Under the pieces are notes generated by a model, which was not told where the DNA came from, did no database searches, and saw only the letters and a program-made list of their open reading frames with translations. Shown here piece after piece: positions 1 to 12,729 of a stretch of DNA of 64,000 nt (position 1 is its first letter; each line of letters starts with the position of its first letter). Location of the stretch: contig OX597828.1 of assembly GCA_951406725.2 (NCBI GenBank), positions 15,376,001 through 15,440,000 on the forward strand. The letters run 5' to 3'. The position numbers and the translations under genes are program-made. The DNA is from Octopus vulgaris (Eukaryota).

Positions 1-2
1 TA

Positions 3-332
3 AGAGTGGCTGTGTGGTAAGTAGCTTGCTTACAAATCACATGGTTCTGGGTTCAGTTCCACTGCGTGGCACCTTGGGCAAGTGTCTTCTACTATAGCCG
101 CAGGCTGACCAAAGCCTTGTGAGTGGATTTGGTAGACGGAAACTGAAAGAAGCCCGTCGTATATATGTATATATATATATATATATATATCATCATCATC
201 ATTTAAAACAGACGTTAAATGATGATGATAGATATACATACATATATACGACAAGCTTCTTTCAGTTTCTGTCAACCAAATCCACTCACAAGGCGTTGGT
301 CAGCTCGCGGCTATAGTAGAAGACACTTGCCC

Positions 333-388
<56 letters not shown>

Positions 389-570
389 GTGTGTGTGTGT
401 CTGTGTTTGTCCCCCCAACATCACTTGACAACCGATGCTGGTGTGTTTACGTCCCAATAACTTAGCGAGGCTTACAAAGAATAAGTCCTAGAGTCGACTT
501 GCTTGACTAAAGGTGGCGCTCCAGCATGGCCACAGTCAGATGATTGAAACATGTAAAAGAGTAAAAGAGA
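3..570 (+). mobile_element. SINE family A, rearranged (inverted fragment at 249-332 and internal deletion)
   Basis: 5' half at 3-160 and 3' half at 396-570 match 17896-18282. Confidence 0.85.
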
Positions 571-1197
571 GGGTGGGAGATGCCTCTGAAGCATGTACAT
601 GGTGGTGGTGGTTGTCATTGTCTTCATCACCATCACCACCACCACCATCAAGGTCTGTTTCTATGTTGCCATGAGTCGGATGGTTAGACAGGAGCTGGCA
701 AGTAGGAGGGCTGCACCAAGCTTCAATTATCTGTTTCGGCTTTATTTCTTCAATTGGATGTCTTTCTCAATGTCAATGACTTTACAGAGTGTACTGGGTG
801 GTTTTTATGTGGTGCCAGTACCCACAAGGTTGCCAAATATTTTACAAGACCTCTCAGCTTAGAGAGAGAGAAAGGAAACAAGTGGCTGTGTGCCAGGTGA
901 GAGGTTGGAGTATGATAGAGGGACAGGGATAGCTGTCTCACGACAAAGGAGATACCTGGCTAACAAAACCAAGTTAATCAATCTGTGACATCATTTATAT
1001 GAAAATCAGTAGTTAAGTATGGGGAGAAAAAAATTAAACTGAACTTCCCTTTAGGCAGTAAACTAACTGGGTGGCTTCAAGGATCTTGTGACAGACATCA
1101 CCCTTGAGATCATTTTCATTGTGACACTTTTGACAACGCATAAAGCGACATAAAACAATAACAGCAACAAAACAAATAGAAATTCAAAAAAATTAAT

Positions 1198-1203
1198 TTT
1201 ATT
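1198..1203 (-). promoter_or_regulatory. Candidate polyadenylation signal (AATAAA) of STIMATE
   Basis: AATAAA on the minus strand about 250 nt after the stop, followed by a T/GT-rich tract (1190-1150). The hexamer is common in AT-rich DNA. Confidence 0.35.
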
Positions 1204-1452
1204 TTCTTGAAAATTCTATACTTTAATGTATGAACTTTCATTTGAATGATGAAATGGAATTTGGTTTTTTTTTCAATAATGAAGAGAAATGAGAAATACA
1301 AATGCAGAACAATGATAAATAAATGTGACACAATGAGAGTGTCTTTTTAATCCAACAGTCATGAACAGTTCTTCAATCAGCCTTTTGCTGGTTAATATTT
1401 ATATTTATATTTATATATATATAGATAGATATGGGTTGTGGATTCTGTTTTG

Positions 1453-1701
1453 TCAGTCCAGTAAAAGATTAGTAGTTGTATTGTTGTTACCAATCCCAAC
1501 AGCTGATGTGTTGATCTCTTCATCCTCCATTAGTAACATGTTAGCTTCAAAGTCTTCTGGCTTTTCTAAATGGTTGTAATACTTCAAGCGGTCGTTGTTT
1601 CGGAAATACTTCACTGATACATCGTTGCTGTTTATTGAAAGGGTTTTCGTTTCTCGGATTTGGCGTTTTAAAAAATTATCTACCACCCAAAATATAAGAG
1701 C
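1453..1701 (-). CDS. STIMATE: STIMATE terminal coding exon (249 nt incl. TGA; ALIFWVVDNFLKRQIRE...NLLLD*)
   Basis: Long polypyrimidine tract plus cag at 1704-1702. Motif ALxFWVVDNFL, then a hydrophilic, acidic cytosolic tail and a stop at 1455-1453. Confidence 0.93.
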   Translation of the reverse strand, partial: ALIFWVVDNFLKRQIRETKTLSINSNDVSVKYFRNNDRLKYYNHLEKPEDFEANMLLMEDEEINTSAVGIGNNNTTTNLLLD

Positions 1702-1755
1702 CTGAAAGAAGAGAAAAAAAAAGAAAGAATTAAAATCAAAATCAGAAATAGACAA

Positions 1756-2401
1756 TTTACTCTTTTACTTGATTCAGTCATTTGACTGTGGCCATGCTGG
1801 AGCACCGCCTTTAGTCGAGCAAACTGACCCCAGGACTTATTCTTTGTAAGCCTAGTACTTATTCTATCGGTCTCTTTTGCCGACCCGCTAATTTATGGGG
1901 GCGTAAACACACCACCATCGGTTGTCAAGCGATGTTGAGGGGACAAACACAGACACATAAACATACATACACACACACATATATATATATATATATATCA
2001 TCATCATCATCATCATCGTCGTCGTTTAGCGTTCGCTTTCCATGCTAGCATGGGTTGGACGGTTCAACTGGGGTCTGGGAAGCCAGAAGGCTGCACCAGG
2101 CCCAGTCTGATCTGGCAATGTTTCTACGGCTGGATGCCCTTCATAACGTCAGCCACTCCTTGAGTGTAGTGGGTGCTTTTTACGTGCCAGACGAGGCTGG
2201 CAAACGGCCACGATTGGATGGTGCTTTTTACATGCCACCAGCACAGGGTCCAGGCAAAGCTGGCAACGGCCATGATCGGATGGTGCTTTTTACGTGCCAC
2301 CGGCAAGAGGCCATTTGGGGTGGCGCTGGCAACGGCTACGTTCAGATGGTTTTCTTACGTACCACCGGCACTGGTATCACAGCTGCAATTTCCATTGATG
2401 T

Positions 2402-2448
<47 letters not shown>

Positions 2449-2629
2449 TATATACATATATGCGACAGGCTTCTTTTCAGTTTCCATCTACCAAATCCAC
2501 TCACAAGGCCTTGGTCGGCCCGAAGCTATAGAAGAAAACACTTGCCCAAGGTGCCACGTAGTGGGACTGAACCCGGAACCATGTGGTTGGTAACCAAGCT
2601 ACTTACCACACAGCCACTCCTACGCCTAT
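1756..2629 (-). mobile_element. SINE family A split by an RTE 3' fragment
   Basis: Halves at 1756-1975 and 2460-2629 are the reverse complement of family A. Confidence 0.9.
1999..2405 (-). mobile_element. RTE 3'-UTR fragment with (GAT)n tail (abundant family); representative copy
   Basis: Same sequence as the 3' end of the LINE at 14971-15728. Other copies at about 4595-4821(+), 5997-6280(+), 10780-11043(+), 22313-22677(+), 23569-23830(-), 27625-28046(+), 32290-32519(+), 35651-35964(+), 45531-45852(-), 53610-53910(-), 60822-61200(-), 63805-64000(-). Confidence 0.88.
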
Positions 2630-3568
2630 GGTAACTTCTTTGTCATTGCTGTCACCATTGCTATTATATTACATTACAGAACACGAAAAGTGTTGGATGA
2701 TTACATTGTCATTAACATCACCACCACCACCGCCACCTTCATGGCATGATAGAACACTTGAACTTTAACCTTCAATTGTGACACATTCCTGGCAATGAGG
2801 GCCTTTAATTTCCCTCAGATAAGTCATCATGGAATGTGAAGAAGACAGCATGAATGAAAGGTGTCAACTAATTTTAAACTACCAAATAACAATGGCGAAT
2901 AAAGGGGCTTGGTTCACGGTGGCATGGCCTGCTAGAAAGAGCAGCTAAACATCCCTTAGCTTACACCTTACTCTTTTCAAAAGGGAGGGGTACATTGGAC
3001 AGCGTAGTCCCAGATACATAATGCTCAAGAGAAGGACAGGATGGTCATATTGTAATGTCTGTGATTATAGGTTTCCTCAATTAAGGTTGATCTTGACATA
3101 AACAACAACAACAACCACAATAAAAAAAAAACTAAGCACAAAATCATATGTGTGGGGCAGGGTTGGAATGCAAAAGAAAATGGTTGAGGAAGTGTCAGTA
3201 GATCTTGAATTCCTTTCTCTGCGTCTCATGAAAGCAACATCATCATCAAGAGCAGCACAACAGCCTCATCACCATCAGAATAGTAGCAGCAGCATAGTGC
3301 TACCATGCTATCATCATCATCAACAACAGCAGCAGCAACACCATCAGTGGTGTAGAAACATGTATGTCAGAAAAAAAAATACTTGAATAAAACATTAGGA
3401 GCCTTAATTACAGGAAAGACGTGGTCAAATAGATTAAGTGCTAGAACAGAATTTAATGAGTGATGATAACTGAAGGAAGTTGAGATGCCATTTTCTAAGT
3501 ATGGTAATTATAGTAGAAACAATTAAATAATTAGAAGACTCTATGTGGAGTGCAAGGAGAGAGAGAGA

Positions 3569-3602
<34 letters not shown>

Positions 3603-4085
3603 TATAGAGACAGAGTCAGCTTAAGGCATACTAATAATGCCTTAAGCACAGCTTGGTAACGGTTCTTTCTCAACCCTACCCGTGTTTATCTGACAAAACA
3701 CTGAGATATAAGTGTTGCATGTGAAATAATAAATAGACGAAATCGTAGGCGTGGGTGTGTGGTAAGGAGCTGGCTTCCTAACCAAATGGTTCCGGGTTCA
3801 GTCCCGCCGTGTGGCACCTTGAGCAAGTGGATTTGGTAGATAAAAACTCAAAGAAGCTTGTCATAGATAAATGTTTGTGTGTGTATGTCTTTGTCTATCT
3901 CTCCCACCCACTGCTTGGCAACCAGTGTTGGTGTGTTTATGTCTGTAAATTAGCAGTTCAGCAAAAGAGACTGACAGAATAAGCACTAAGCATAAAGAAA
4001 AATTAAGTCCTGGGGTCGATTTGTTTGACTAAAACCCTTCAAGGTGGTGCCCTATCATGGTCACAGTCAAATGACTGAAACAAGT

Positions 4086-4116
<31 letters not shown>

Positions 4117-4215
4117 GCAATTAAGCCTTCGGCATAATGAGGCTTTTACATGCCGAAGACTACTTGGTGTAATTGATAATTGTTCCAAATTAATTAATTT
4201 CACCCTTCATTGTTA

Positions 4216-4261
<46 letters not shown>

Positions 4262-5210
4262 ATGGGCTTCTTTCAATTTCCGTCTACCAAACCCACTCAT
4301 AAGGCTTTGGTTGGCCTGGGGCTATAGTAGGAGACACTTGCCCAATGTACCACGCAGTGGGACTGAACCCGGAACCATGTGGTTGGTAAGCAAGCTACTT
4401 ACCACACAGCCACTCTTGCATTGTTCACTTTATAGCATACTTCCTAGTAAGATGAAGAAACAGACAGTGTGCAGGCCAGTGAAAGTGAACTTATGAAAGA
4501 TCATGTCAATAGGCAGTGACATACATGGTTTTGGGTGATGTGATAAACATTGAAAGAAAATTATAAAATTTCCCTGAAGTATCAAATTATAAAGAAATCA
4601 ATCAAAATCAATGGAAATTGTAGTTGTGATACCAGTGCCGGTGGCATGTAAAAAGTACCCACTACACTCATGGAGTGGTTGGCATTAGGAAGGGCATCCA
4701 GCTGTAGAAACACTGCCAGATCAGACTGGGCCTGGTGCAGCCTCCTGGCTTCCCAGACCCCAGTTGAACCGTCCAACCCATGCTAGCATGGAAAGCGAAC
4801 GTTAAATGATGATGATGATGAACTAATCGACATTGACCTAAAACCAAAATATGTTTGTAAATGCAAGTGATACACTGATCAAAGGATTATTAAAGAAATT
4901 AAAATTTTGACACACTGGACTAAAAAGGGTTTAACAATCACTAGAGTAGACAATAACTATCAGTGTTTGTATGTGATCAAAGTACATTGAATACAGTAAT
5001 AAATATCTGATTACATCAACGTGTGTGTGTGTGATCAGATGATTTGCTTCTATATTCTCCATAAGTCTTCTGGTTGCAGTTCCACTGCATGACATCTTGG
5101 GCAAGTATCTTCTATGATAACCTTGGGCTGACCAAAGCCTTGTGAGTGGATTTGATAGCCAAAAGCTTAAAGAAACCCATTGTCTGAGTATGTGTGTGTG
5201 TGTGTGTGTG

Positions 5211-5348
5211 TGAATGAGAAAAGGAGAAAATGGAGAAAATGACATGAAATTGGCTGTAGGACTGGAATTTCATTATATGGATTTGGCTATCTTTAAATAA
5301 ACTGATGTCTGCATGTCAATTTCTCCATTTTCTTCTTTTTCTCATTCA
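5211..5348. repeat. About 37-bp imperfect inverted repeat around a 65-bp core (MITE-like)
   Basis: tgaatgagaaaaggagaaaatggagaaaatgacatg versus the reverse complement of 5312-5348. Confidence 0.7.
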
Positions 5349-5474
5349 TAAATATTTTAAATGCCTATATATATATATATACATATATATATATAGATAT
5401 ATATATAAGAACTTTTTGCGTAATGAGATAAAAAACCAAGGCTGTGTAGATATTAGAACATTTATAGATAGAAG

Positions 5475-5523
5475 GTCTTACAGCTGTTTCCAGGATATTT
5501 ATTAATTATATCCCTTCAGAGAC
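5475..5523 (-). ncRNA. Degenerate minimal hammerhead-like motif
   Basis: Minus strand: gtct-CTGAAGG-gatat(aattaataa)atatc-ctg-GAAA-cagctg-TA-agac. The core is damaged. Confidence 0.45.
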
Positions 5524-8240
5524 GGTGTGAGAGGATGGTTAAGTAATAATTAATTTAGATAGGATACAAAATAGAGAGTGAGGTGGAGGAAAGGAAATAG
5601 ATGTGAGATATGTAGGGATATTGAATTTGTAGAATTTGTAAATATATATCAATGCAAAACTGATATATTTAGTTTTCACTAAACACTGGTATAAACTGGA
5701 GAACTACGATGCTCGCATCCCTTAAAGGATTATAGGTCCTTGATACAATTATATGTATGTATGTATTCATGTGTGTGTGCGTCTTTGTGTCTGTCCCCCC
5801 CACCCCAACCATCAATTGACAACTGATGTTGGTGAGTTTACATCCCTGTAACTTAGCAGTTTGGCAAAAGAGACTGATAGAATAAGTACTCGGCTTACAA
5901 AGAATATGTCTTGGGCTTGGTTTCTTCAACTAAAAAAAACCCTGACTGCAGTCAGATTACTGAAACAAGTAAAAGAATATATATATGCATGCATATCACC
6001 ATCCGATTGTGGCCGTTGCCAGCCTCGCCTGGGCCCCATGCCAGTGGCACGTAAAAAGCACCATCCGTCCGTGGCCGTTTGCCAGCTCCGTCTGGCACCT
6101 GTGCGGGTGGTACGTAAAAAGCACCCACTACACTCACGGAGTGGTTGGCGTTAGGAAGGGCATCCAGCCGTAGAAACACTGCCAGATCAGACTGGGCCTG
6201 ATGCAGCCTTCTGGCTTCACAGACCCCAGTTGAACCGTCCAACCCATGCTAGCATGGAAAGCGGACGCTAAATGATGATGATATATATATATATATATTA
6301 TACACTCATATATAATAAGCCATTCCTGTTTTGAGTGTGGGTGAAAATTTCACCTACAGGTAAGGGGTTTCTTTACACCTGATGCAGAGATTCCTTTATC
6401 AGTTTTATTGTTCAAGATTTGCATAGTAACAACATAAAGATGCTGGCTCTCTGACTTTGGCCTTCACCAGCACGAATGATTACAACAGATCAGTGCAAGT
6501 AATTAGAATGATTAAAACGAGCGACTGAAAGTGAACTAGCTTTTGTTCTGCTATGTAGAAGATAGAATTACAAATCGTACTGAGAGGAATTTGTTGGACT
6601 AACCTATATCACAAAGGTCAAATGGTGGCAGTTGTCATTGTTGATATTGTTTACCCTTAGGTCAACCCTGAATGAATAAACCTATGAGGAATGGGCATTC
6701 CAGCCATGACTGTCTAAGTGGTCTTTTGGTCTTTTCTTTATATGCAGGGAACCCATGTCTGTGTTAGCTAATATGTTTTTTTTTTCATGGTAGTTTATGT
6801 TTATATGCCCTTTACAAGAATAGCCAGGCTCATGGGCCCCCGGTTTCCCGGTTTCTGTGGCGTGTTTTCCCCCCCAGCTGGGCGGGATGCCGGTCCATCG
6901 CAGCGTTACTCAAAAAACAGGAAGAGAGAGTGAGAGAAAGTTGGGGTGAAAGAGTCCAACAGGGGTCACCACCACCCTCTGCCGGAGCCTCGTGGATCTT
7001 TTAGGTGTTTTCGCTCAATAAACACACACAACACCCTGTCTGGGAATCGAAACGGTGATCCTCCGACTGCGAGTCCGCTGCCCTAATCACTGGGCCATTG
7101 CGCCTCCATGGTATGTGTGTGTGTGCAATCAGGTACATTGAGCTACTATTTCTAGCTTATAAAGCAACTATTTAGCAATACCTGCACTGGCTTGAGATCA
7201 AATGGTTGTACAATGGTGAAGAAAGATTTTTTTGAAAAATGTACATTAAATGATGATGATGATGATGATGATGGTGACGGTGGTGGTGTTGTTTAGCCAC
7301 AAATCAGCACTGATGAGATTTGCGGTCTCTTGTAACCATCCTGTCTTTTTTTTTTCATCAAAAACACAGTGAAGGCAGTGAACTGGCAGAATCGTTAGCA
7401 TGCTGACCAAAATATTTAGCAGCATTTCGTCTGTCTGCACATTCTGAGTTCAAATTCTGCCAGGTTGAACTTTGCTTTTCATCCCTCTCAGGAGTTGATA
7501 AAATAAGTACCACTTGAACACTGGGGTTAACATAATCAACTTATTCCCCACTCCCTCAGAGTTGCTGGCCTTGTGCCAAAATTTGAAACCATTATGAAAA
7601 ATAAAGTGTATCCAGGACTACATTATGTAATGAGACCTTCCCCACTTTCAAGACAGTATTTTTTATGTAATTTTATAATTATTTTTATGAATTAATCAAA
7701 GAAGGAAGGTTCAATGCCCTCTTTTTTCACGGGATTTCCAAGACTCAGTAGAACAAACTGGAGACTTCACCTGAATGTTTGCAATAAACTGGACCCCACA
7801 AAAGGTACACAAGGGCCTGGGAGTGATGTTAAACCAAGAGGTGAATTAAATCTATCAGCCAAGTTGATTTGAAGAAAATACACCTATTATTTCTAGCAAA
7901 TCTAGGAACTGCATAAGAGTTCCCCCATTTAGTCATTTTCTTAATCTATAGATGCAGTTGCTATGAATGATCCATCCATCCCTTCCTCCACACACATGAT
8001 GAAAGCATGGCTGGGTGGTTAAGAAGTTTACTTTTCAACCATGCAGTTTCAGGTTCAATCCCACTGAGTAGCACTTTGAGCAAGTGTCTTTGATTTTAGC
8101 CCTAGGTTGATCAAAACCTAATGAGTGGATTTGGTAAATGGAAATTGAAACTGTCACATATATGTGTGTGTGTGTGTGTATGCATGTACATGTAAATTCG
8201 CTTACATTTGTCCAACATGTTGAAATTTTAACTCCTTTAA

Positions 8241-8471
8241 CCCTTTGAATACCAACCCGGCTGAAACTGCCTCTGGTCCTATATATAGTACAAATGTCTT
8301 GTTTTCAAAAGTTCTGAATTAAAATCTTCCACCAAATCTTAGTCACAATTTCACAATTTACACTCCTAACACTGGCTTAATAATAAGTTATTTTACTAAA
8401 TTCCTTGTTATATCTAAAAATTAATTGAAAGAAACACAGAGCATCTCAACAGAAATATGGTAACAAAAGGG
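8241..8471. mobile_element. piggyBac-type MITE family 1 (opposite orientation)
   Basis: ttaa|ccctttgaatac...gtaacaaaaggg|ttaa. Confidence 0.85.
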
Positions 8472-9004
8472 TTAATAATCCTATTATTCCAGTGTCATAT
8501 GTTAGCATGTGTTTTTTTTAGATAAGCTTCTTATAACAAGATATTGCAAGAAGATCTTCTTTTAAAACCCATTGTGTGTCACCTAAAAGTATTAGATTTG
8601 ATGAATCTGATGGTCTTACTATGGATAATGGGAAAATCAATGGTGAAAGTGGATCAGCTAGTGTTGAGGGTACAACATCCCTTGTGTACCACCCCGTAGG
8701 GAAGAGAAGACAAAACACAAAAAAAACAAAAAAACATTATCCAAGTGTACCCTTTCAATTTAAGATGATGGGGTGCTATGAATGAGGTTTAACTGTTATT
8801 TCTAGCAGGTTGAGTGACTGCACAAATGCTCCCTCTATATTTCATGACAACTATTGCATTCAGCAAAGGTACTTGATGTGTAAGTGGAGCAAAACAGGAA
8901 AACAGAATTACAATTGGATATCAAAAGTTGCTTCAAACTTGGTTCAAAAGCTAACCCCTCTCTTACAGCAATTGTAGACAAAGTATATATATCTTATCTT
9001 CTAT

Positions 9005-9418
9005 TTACTCTTTTACTCTTTTACTTGTTTCAGTCATTTGACTGCGGCCATGCTGGAGCACCGCCTTTAGTCGAGCAAATCGACCCCAGGACTTATTCTT
9101 TGTAAGCCCAGTACTTATTCTATCGGTCTCTTTTGCCGAACCGCTAAGTGACGGGGACGTAAATACACCAGCATCGGTTGTCAAGCAATGCTAGAGGGAC
9201 AAACACAGACACACAAACATATACACACATACTTATATATATATACATATATACGACAGGCTTCTTTCAGTTTCCGTCTACCAAATCCACTCACAAGGCA
9301 TTGGTCGGCCCGGGGCTATAGCAGAAGACACTTGCCCAAGATGTCACGCAGTGGGACTGAACCCAGAACCATGAGGCTGGTTAGCAAGCTACTTACCACG
9401 CAGCCACTCCTGCGCCTA
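9005..9418 (-). mobile_element. SINE family A, intact copy
   Basis: Full-length reverse complement of 17896-18282, with shared diagnostic variants. Confidence 0.9.
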
Positions 9419-10357
9419 TTTGTTTCATATTTTTTTACTGCCCACAAGGGGCTACACACAGAGGGGACAAACAAGGACAGACAAACAGATTAAGTCGATT
9501 ATATAACTGGTACTTATTTAATTGACCCCAAAAGGATGAAAGGCAAAGTCGACCTCGGTGGAATTTGAACTGAGAACGTAACGGCAGACGAAATACCGTA
9601 AAGCATTTCACCCTGCGTGCTAACGTTTCTGCCAGCTCCCCGCCTTATCTTTTACTTGTTTCAGTAATGGACTGTGGTCAAGCTGGAGCACCATCTTGAA
9701 GAGTTTAGTTGAATAACCCCCCCACCGCCCCGATCTTCCCCAGTATTTATTTTTCTTAAGCCTGGTGCTTATATCTTTCTCTCTTGCTGAACTGCTAAGT
9801 TATGAAGACATAAACAAACCAACACTGGTTGTCAAGCACTGGTGGTGGTAGTGGGGCAAACACAAATTAGAAGATACACATACATAAACACACACACACA
9901 CACACACAAGGTACTTCTTTCAGTTTCTGTCTACCAGATCCACTCACAAGGCTTTGGTCATCCCAAGGCTATAGTAGAAGACACCAACCCAAGGTGGGAC
10001 TGAATCTGGAACCATGTGGTTAAGAAGCAAAATTCTTACCACACAGCCATGCCTGTGCCTCTCTATATATAAATCTGAGAAAGGCCATGATTTAAGAATA
10101 TAAGTAGGGTTATAGGTGAGTGTAATAGTTTATAATTGAGCACACTTTGAGTTAACCGGTTGATAATTTCCATAATTTAAACTGACGACTGGTGATAAAC
10201 TGTCTCTGAAATGCCATCAATCAGAAAATCTTCTAAGCAATTATCCTGAAGTACAGACCTGCACAAAAGAGAGAAAGATAGATGGGAGGGGGTACAATGG
10301 AACTGAAATCATAAACCAAAAAGGGATAAAAATATGGAACTTGTCCAAAGAACTTAC

Positions 10358-10441
10358 ATTCACAAATAAGGGAACCATAAACATTACTATCACAATCTCC
10401 AAGTTAGCATTCTTCACTGGGGCTAAAATAAATTTTCGCAC
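10358..10441 (-). CDS. STIMATE: STIMATE exon (84 nt; VRKFILAPVKNANLEIVIVMFMVPLFVN, phase 0 to 0)
   Basis: Acceptor tattttcag, donor gtaagt. Hydrophobic IVMxxVPxFVN segment joins in frame to ALIFWVVDNFL. Confidence 0.94.
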
Positions 10442-10618
10442 CTGAAAATATAAACCAAGTTAGAACATTTTATATGATTCTGTTAATTCATCTTTATCAC
10501 ATGCACACATGCCAAAATTAGAAATAATTACGAAGTAAGAAGAAAAACAGAGAATTTGCTTTTTTTTGTTTTGTGACATCATTGTAACAATCTAGAAAAA
10601 CTTTGTTAGAACCCAGTC

Positions 10619-11133
10619 CAGTAGTTCTTAACCATTTTTTCTTATGAACGCTTTTGATTCCTATTTTATTTAGTTAGACCCTTATAGCCATTCAATGTTT
10701 AAGAAATCCTGTTATATTTCTATAATTTAATATTATTAGAATCGTGTAAAAAAAATTCTTAAAACTCGTTAAGCCAAGTAAAATCATAGTGGTGGCTGTT
10801 GCTGGTGTCATGTAAATGGCTCCTGTGGAATTGTGGTCATGGCTGTTGCTGGTGTCATGTAAATGGCACCTGTGCCAGTGGCATGTAAAAAGTACCCATT
10901 ATACTCTTGGAGTGGTTATGTTCAGAAGGGCATCCAGCCGTAGGAACCCAGTGCAGCTCTGATGCTTACCAGCTCCAGTCAAACTGTCTAACCCATGCCA
11001 GCATGGAAAGCAGACGTATGATGATGATGATGATGATGATGAGTATAAGCAATTTATTGCAAGTAAACATTAATAATAAAATCCTGACAGGACCCCACCC
11101 AAGGGTCAAGTAGAACCTGGTTGAGAACCACTG
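10619..11133. mobile_element. hAT (Charlie-like) MITE containing an RTE 3' fragment
   Basis: Termini cagtagttcttaacc and ggttgagaaccactg. The 8-bp flanks acccagtc/acctagaa match 5 of 8 (decayed TSD). Confidence 0.7.
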
Positions 11134-11436
11134 ACCTAGAACGAAAGTAATTCTACCCATGTGTTGTGCCTGAATAAAGGGTGTGTTGCTGTTGTTATTA
11201 TTTCTACTGAATATTTATTATTGGCTCTGCTGGAGCAGCATATCTATGTTATGGAGACAATTGTGAAACCAAATATTTGGATGGTAAACAACAAAGTCCT
11301 CTAGATACAAGGATCTAATATATTCAGCTGTTTCAAAACGGTTTGAACTGTAGTGTTTGATCAACTTTATAGTGTTGCTGCCCATCCTAAGACTACACAG
11401 AAACACCTACTATCAGACCATCCATTATTTTAACTA

Positions 11437-11948
11437 CCATAAATCCTCGAGTATAATCCGCATTTTCCCCCCAAAATTTAAAAGTCAAAATCCCTAGTGC
11501 GTACTATATACGAGGTTAAAAATGAAAAATATTTTCTAAGCATTGTCCGAGTCTCTATTTGCTGTCCAGCAATGTTTATTCAGACGCATTTTGTGATGTT
11601 GGGCACGAAAATACCTTAAGCTAAGCCTGAAAGCAATGAAGTCATAAAAGAATCATCCATAACTTGCAATAAGCAACATTTAGTAAATGTTATTACTGTT
11701 ATTTCTTTATTTTCTGCAAAGAAAATGCACAAAAAAGCTACACGTTTGCATTATGTTATATATACAATAATAATAAAGGACGTTACCATATACATTTTTA
11801 CAAACCAAGGACGTTATATAGACTTCTTTGACTCAAGTTAGAGAAGGGGTGTGTATTATACACAAGGTTTAAGATTTTCAGAGATACAGCCCCCTAAAAA
11901 TCCCCTGCGTATTATACTCAAGGGTGGACTATACTCGAGGATTTACAG
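11437..11948. mobile_element. Non-autonomous Tc2/pogo-like element
   Basis: TA|ccataaatcctcgagtataatcc...ggactatactcgaggatttacag|TA. The 23-bp TIRs fit CCGTAAATCCTCGAGTATA with CpG decay. Subterminal gcgtaytataywcrag repeats. Confidence 0.85.
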
Positions 11949-12445
11949 TATGTTAGTATAAGAGCTATTAACAGATTGCAAAAACATAGCAGAGTATTTT
12001 TTTTTATACCAGACAAGTTAAATCAAGGAAGATTAAGATTAACTACAGTTCTTAAAATTTACACAAGCAAACAGAAAAAAAAAAAGATGAATAAATACAA
12101 TATAAATAAATTTTAATGTAAAATAACATTACTTATATTTCATTCCAAGTTAATAATTTTTTTTTTAATTTGGAATCTAAATGTATGCTTCAGACATAAG
12201 TTTTCAGGTAGACACACTTTCATAAATATACCAATAATATACAAGTTCATTAAACATACACACAAAGATACATACATAGTCGTATCTTTTGATTAGTCAC
12301 AAGGAAAATATTTGTAAAGGAATACCAACCTATCTGAGACTACTCTTGGTCTTGTGATATAAATGCTTCGTTTTAAAGTGATTTTTAAATTAAAAGCTCC
12401 CTGTTGTAATTTAATGTTAATTTATGTTGCAAAGTACCAGCTTGA

Positions 12446-12665
12446 CCCTTTCGTTACTGTATTTATTTTGAGATGTTCTGTGATTCTTTCAATAACTTTA
12501 AATATACCAAAGAATTTAGTAAAATAACTTAGTTATCATTAAGCTAGTGTTAGGAACATAAATTGTGACTAAGGTTTGGTGGACAATTTTAATTCAAAAC
12601 TTATGAAAACAAGACATTTGTACTCAGAACCAGGGCCGGTTTCAGCCGGGTTGGTAACGAAAGGG
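12446..12665. mobile_element. piggyBac-type MITE family 1
   Basis: ttga|ccctttcgttac...gtaacgaaaggg|ttaa; near-identical to 34848-35066. Confidence 0.88.
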
Positions 12666-12729
12666 TTAATAATGAGAAAGTTACTTCACTAAATTCTGCA
12701 TCATTTGTAAAATTAATCAAAGTAAACAT

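Noticed and set aside
7300-7340. CTGATGA at about 7310 (and minus strand near 31340) as hammerhead or C/D snoRNA
   Set aside because: No downstream GAAA or terminal stem, and TGATGA words are ubiquitous here because of GAT repeats.
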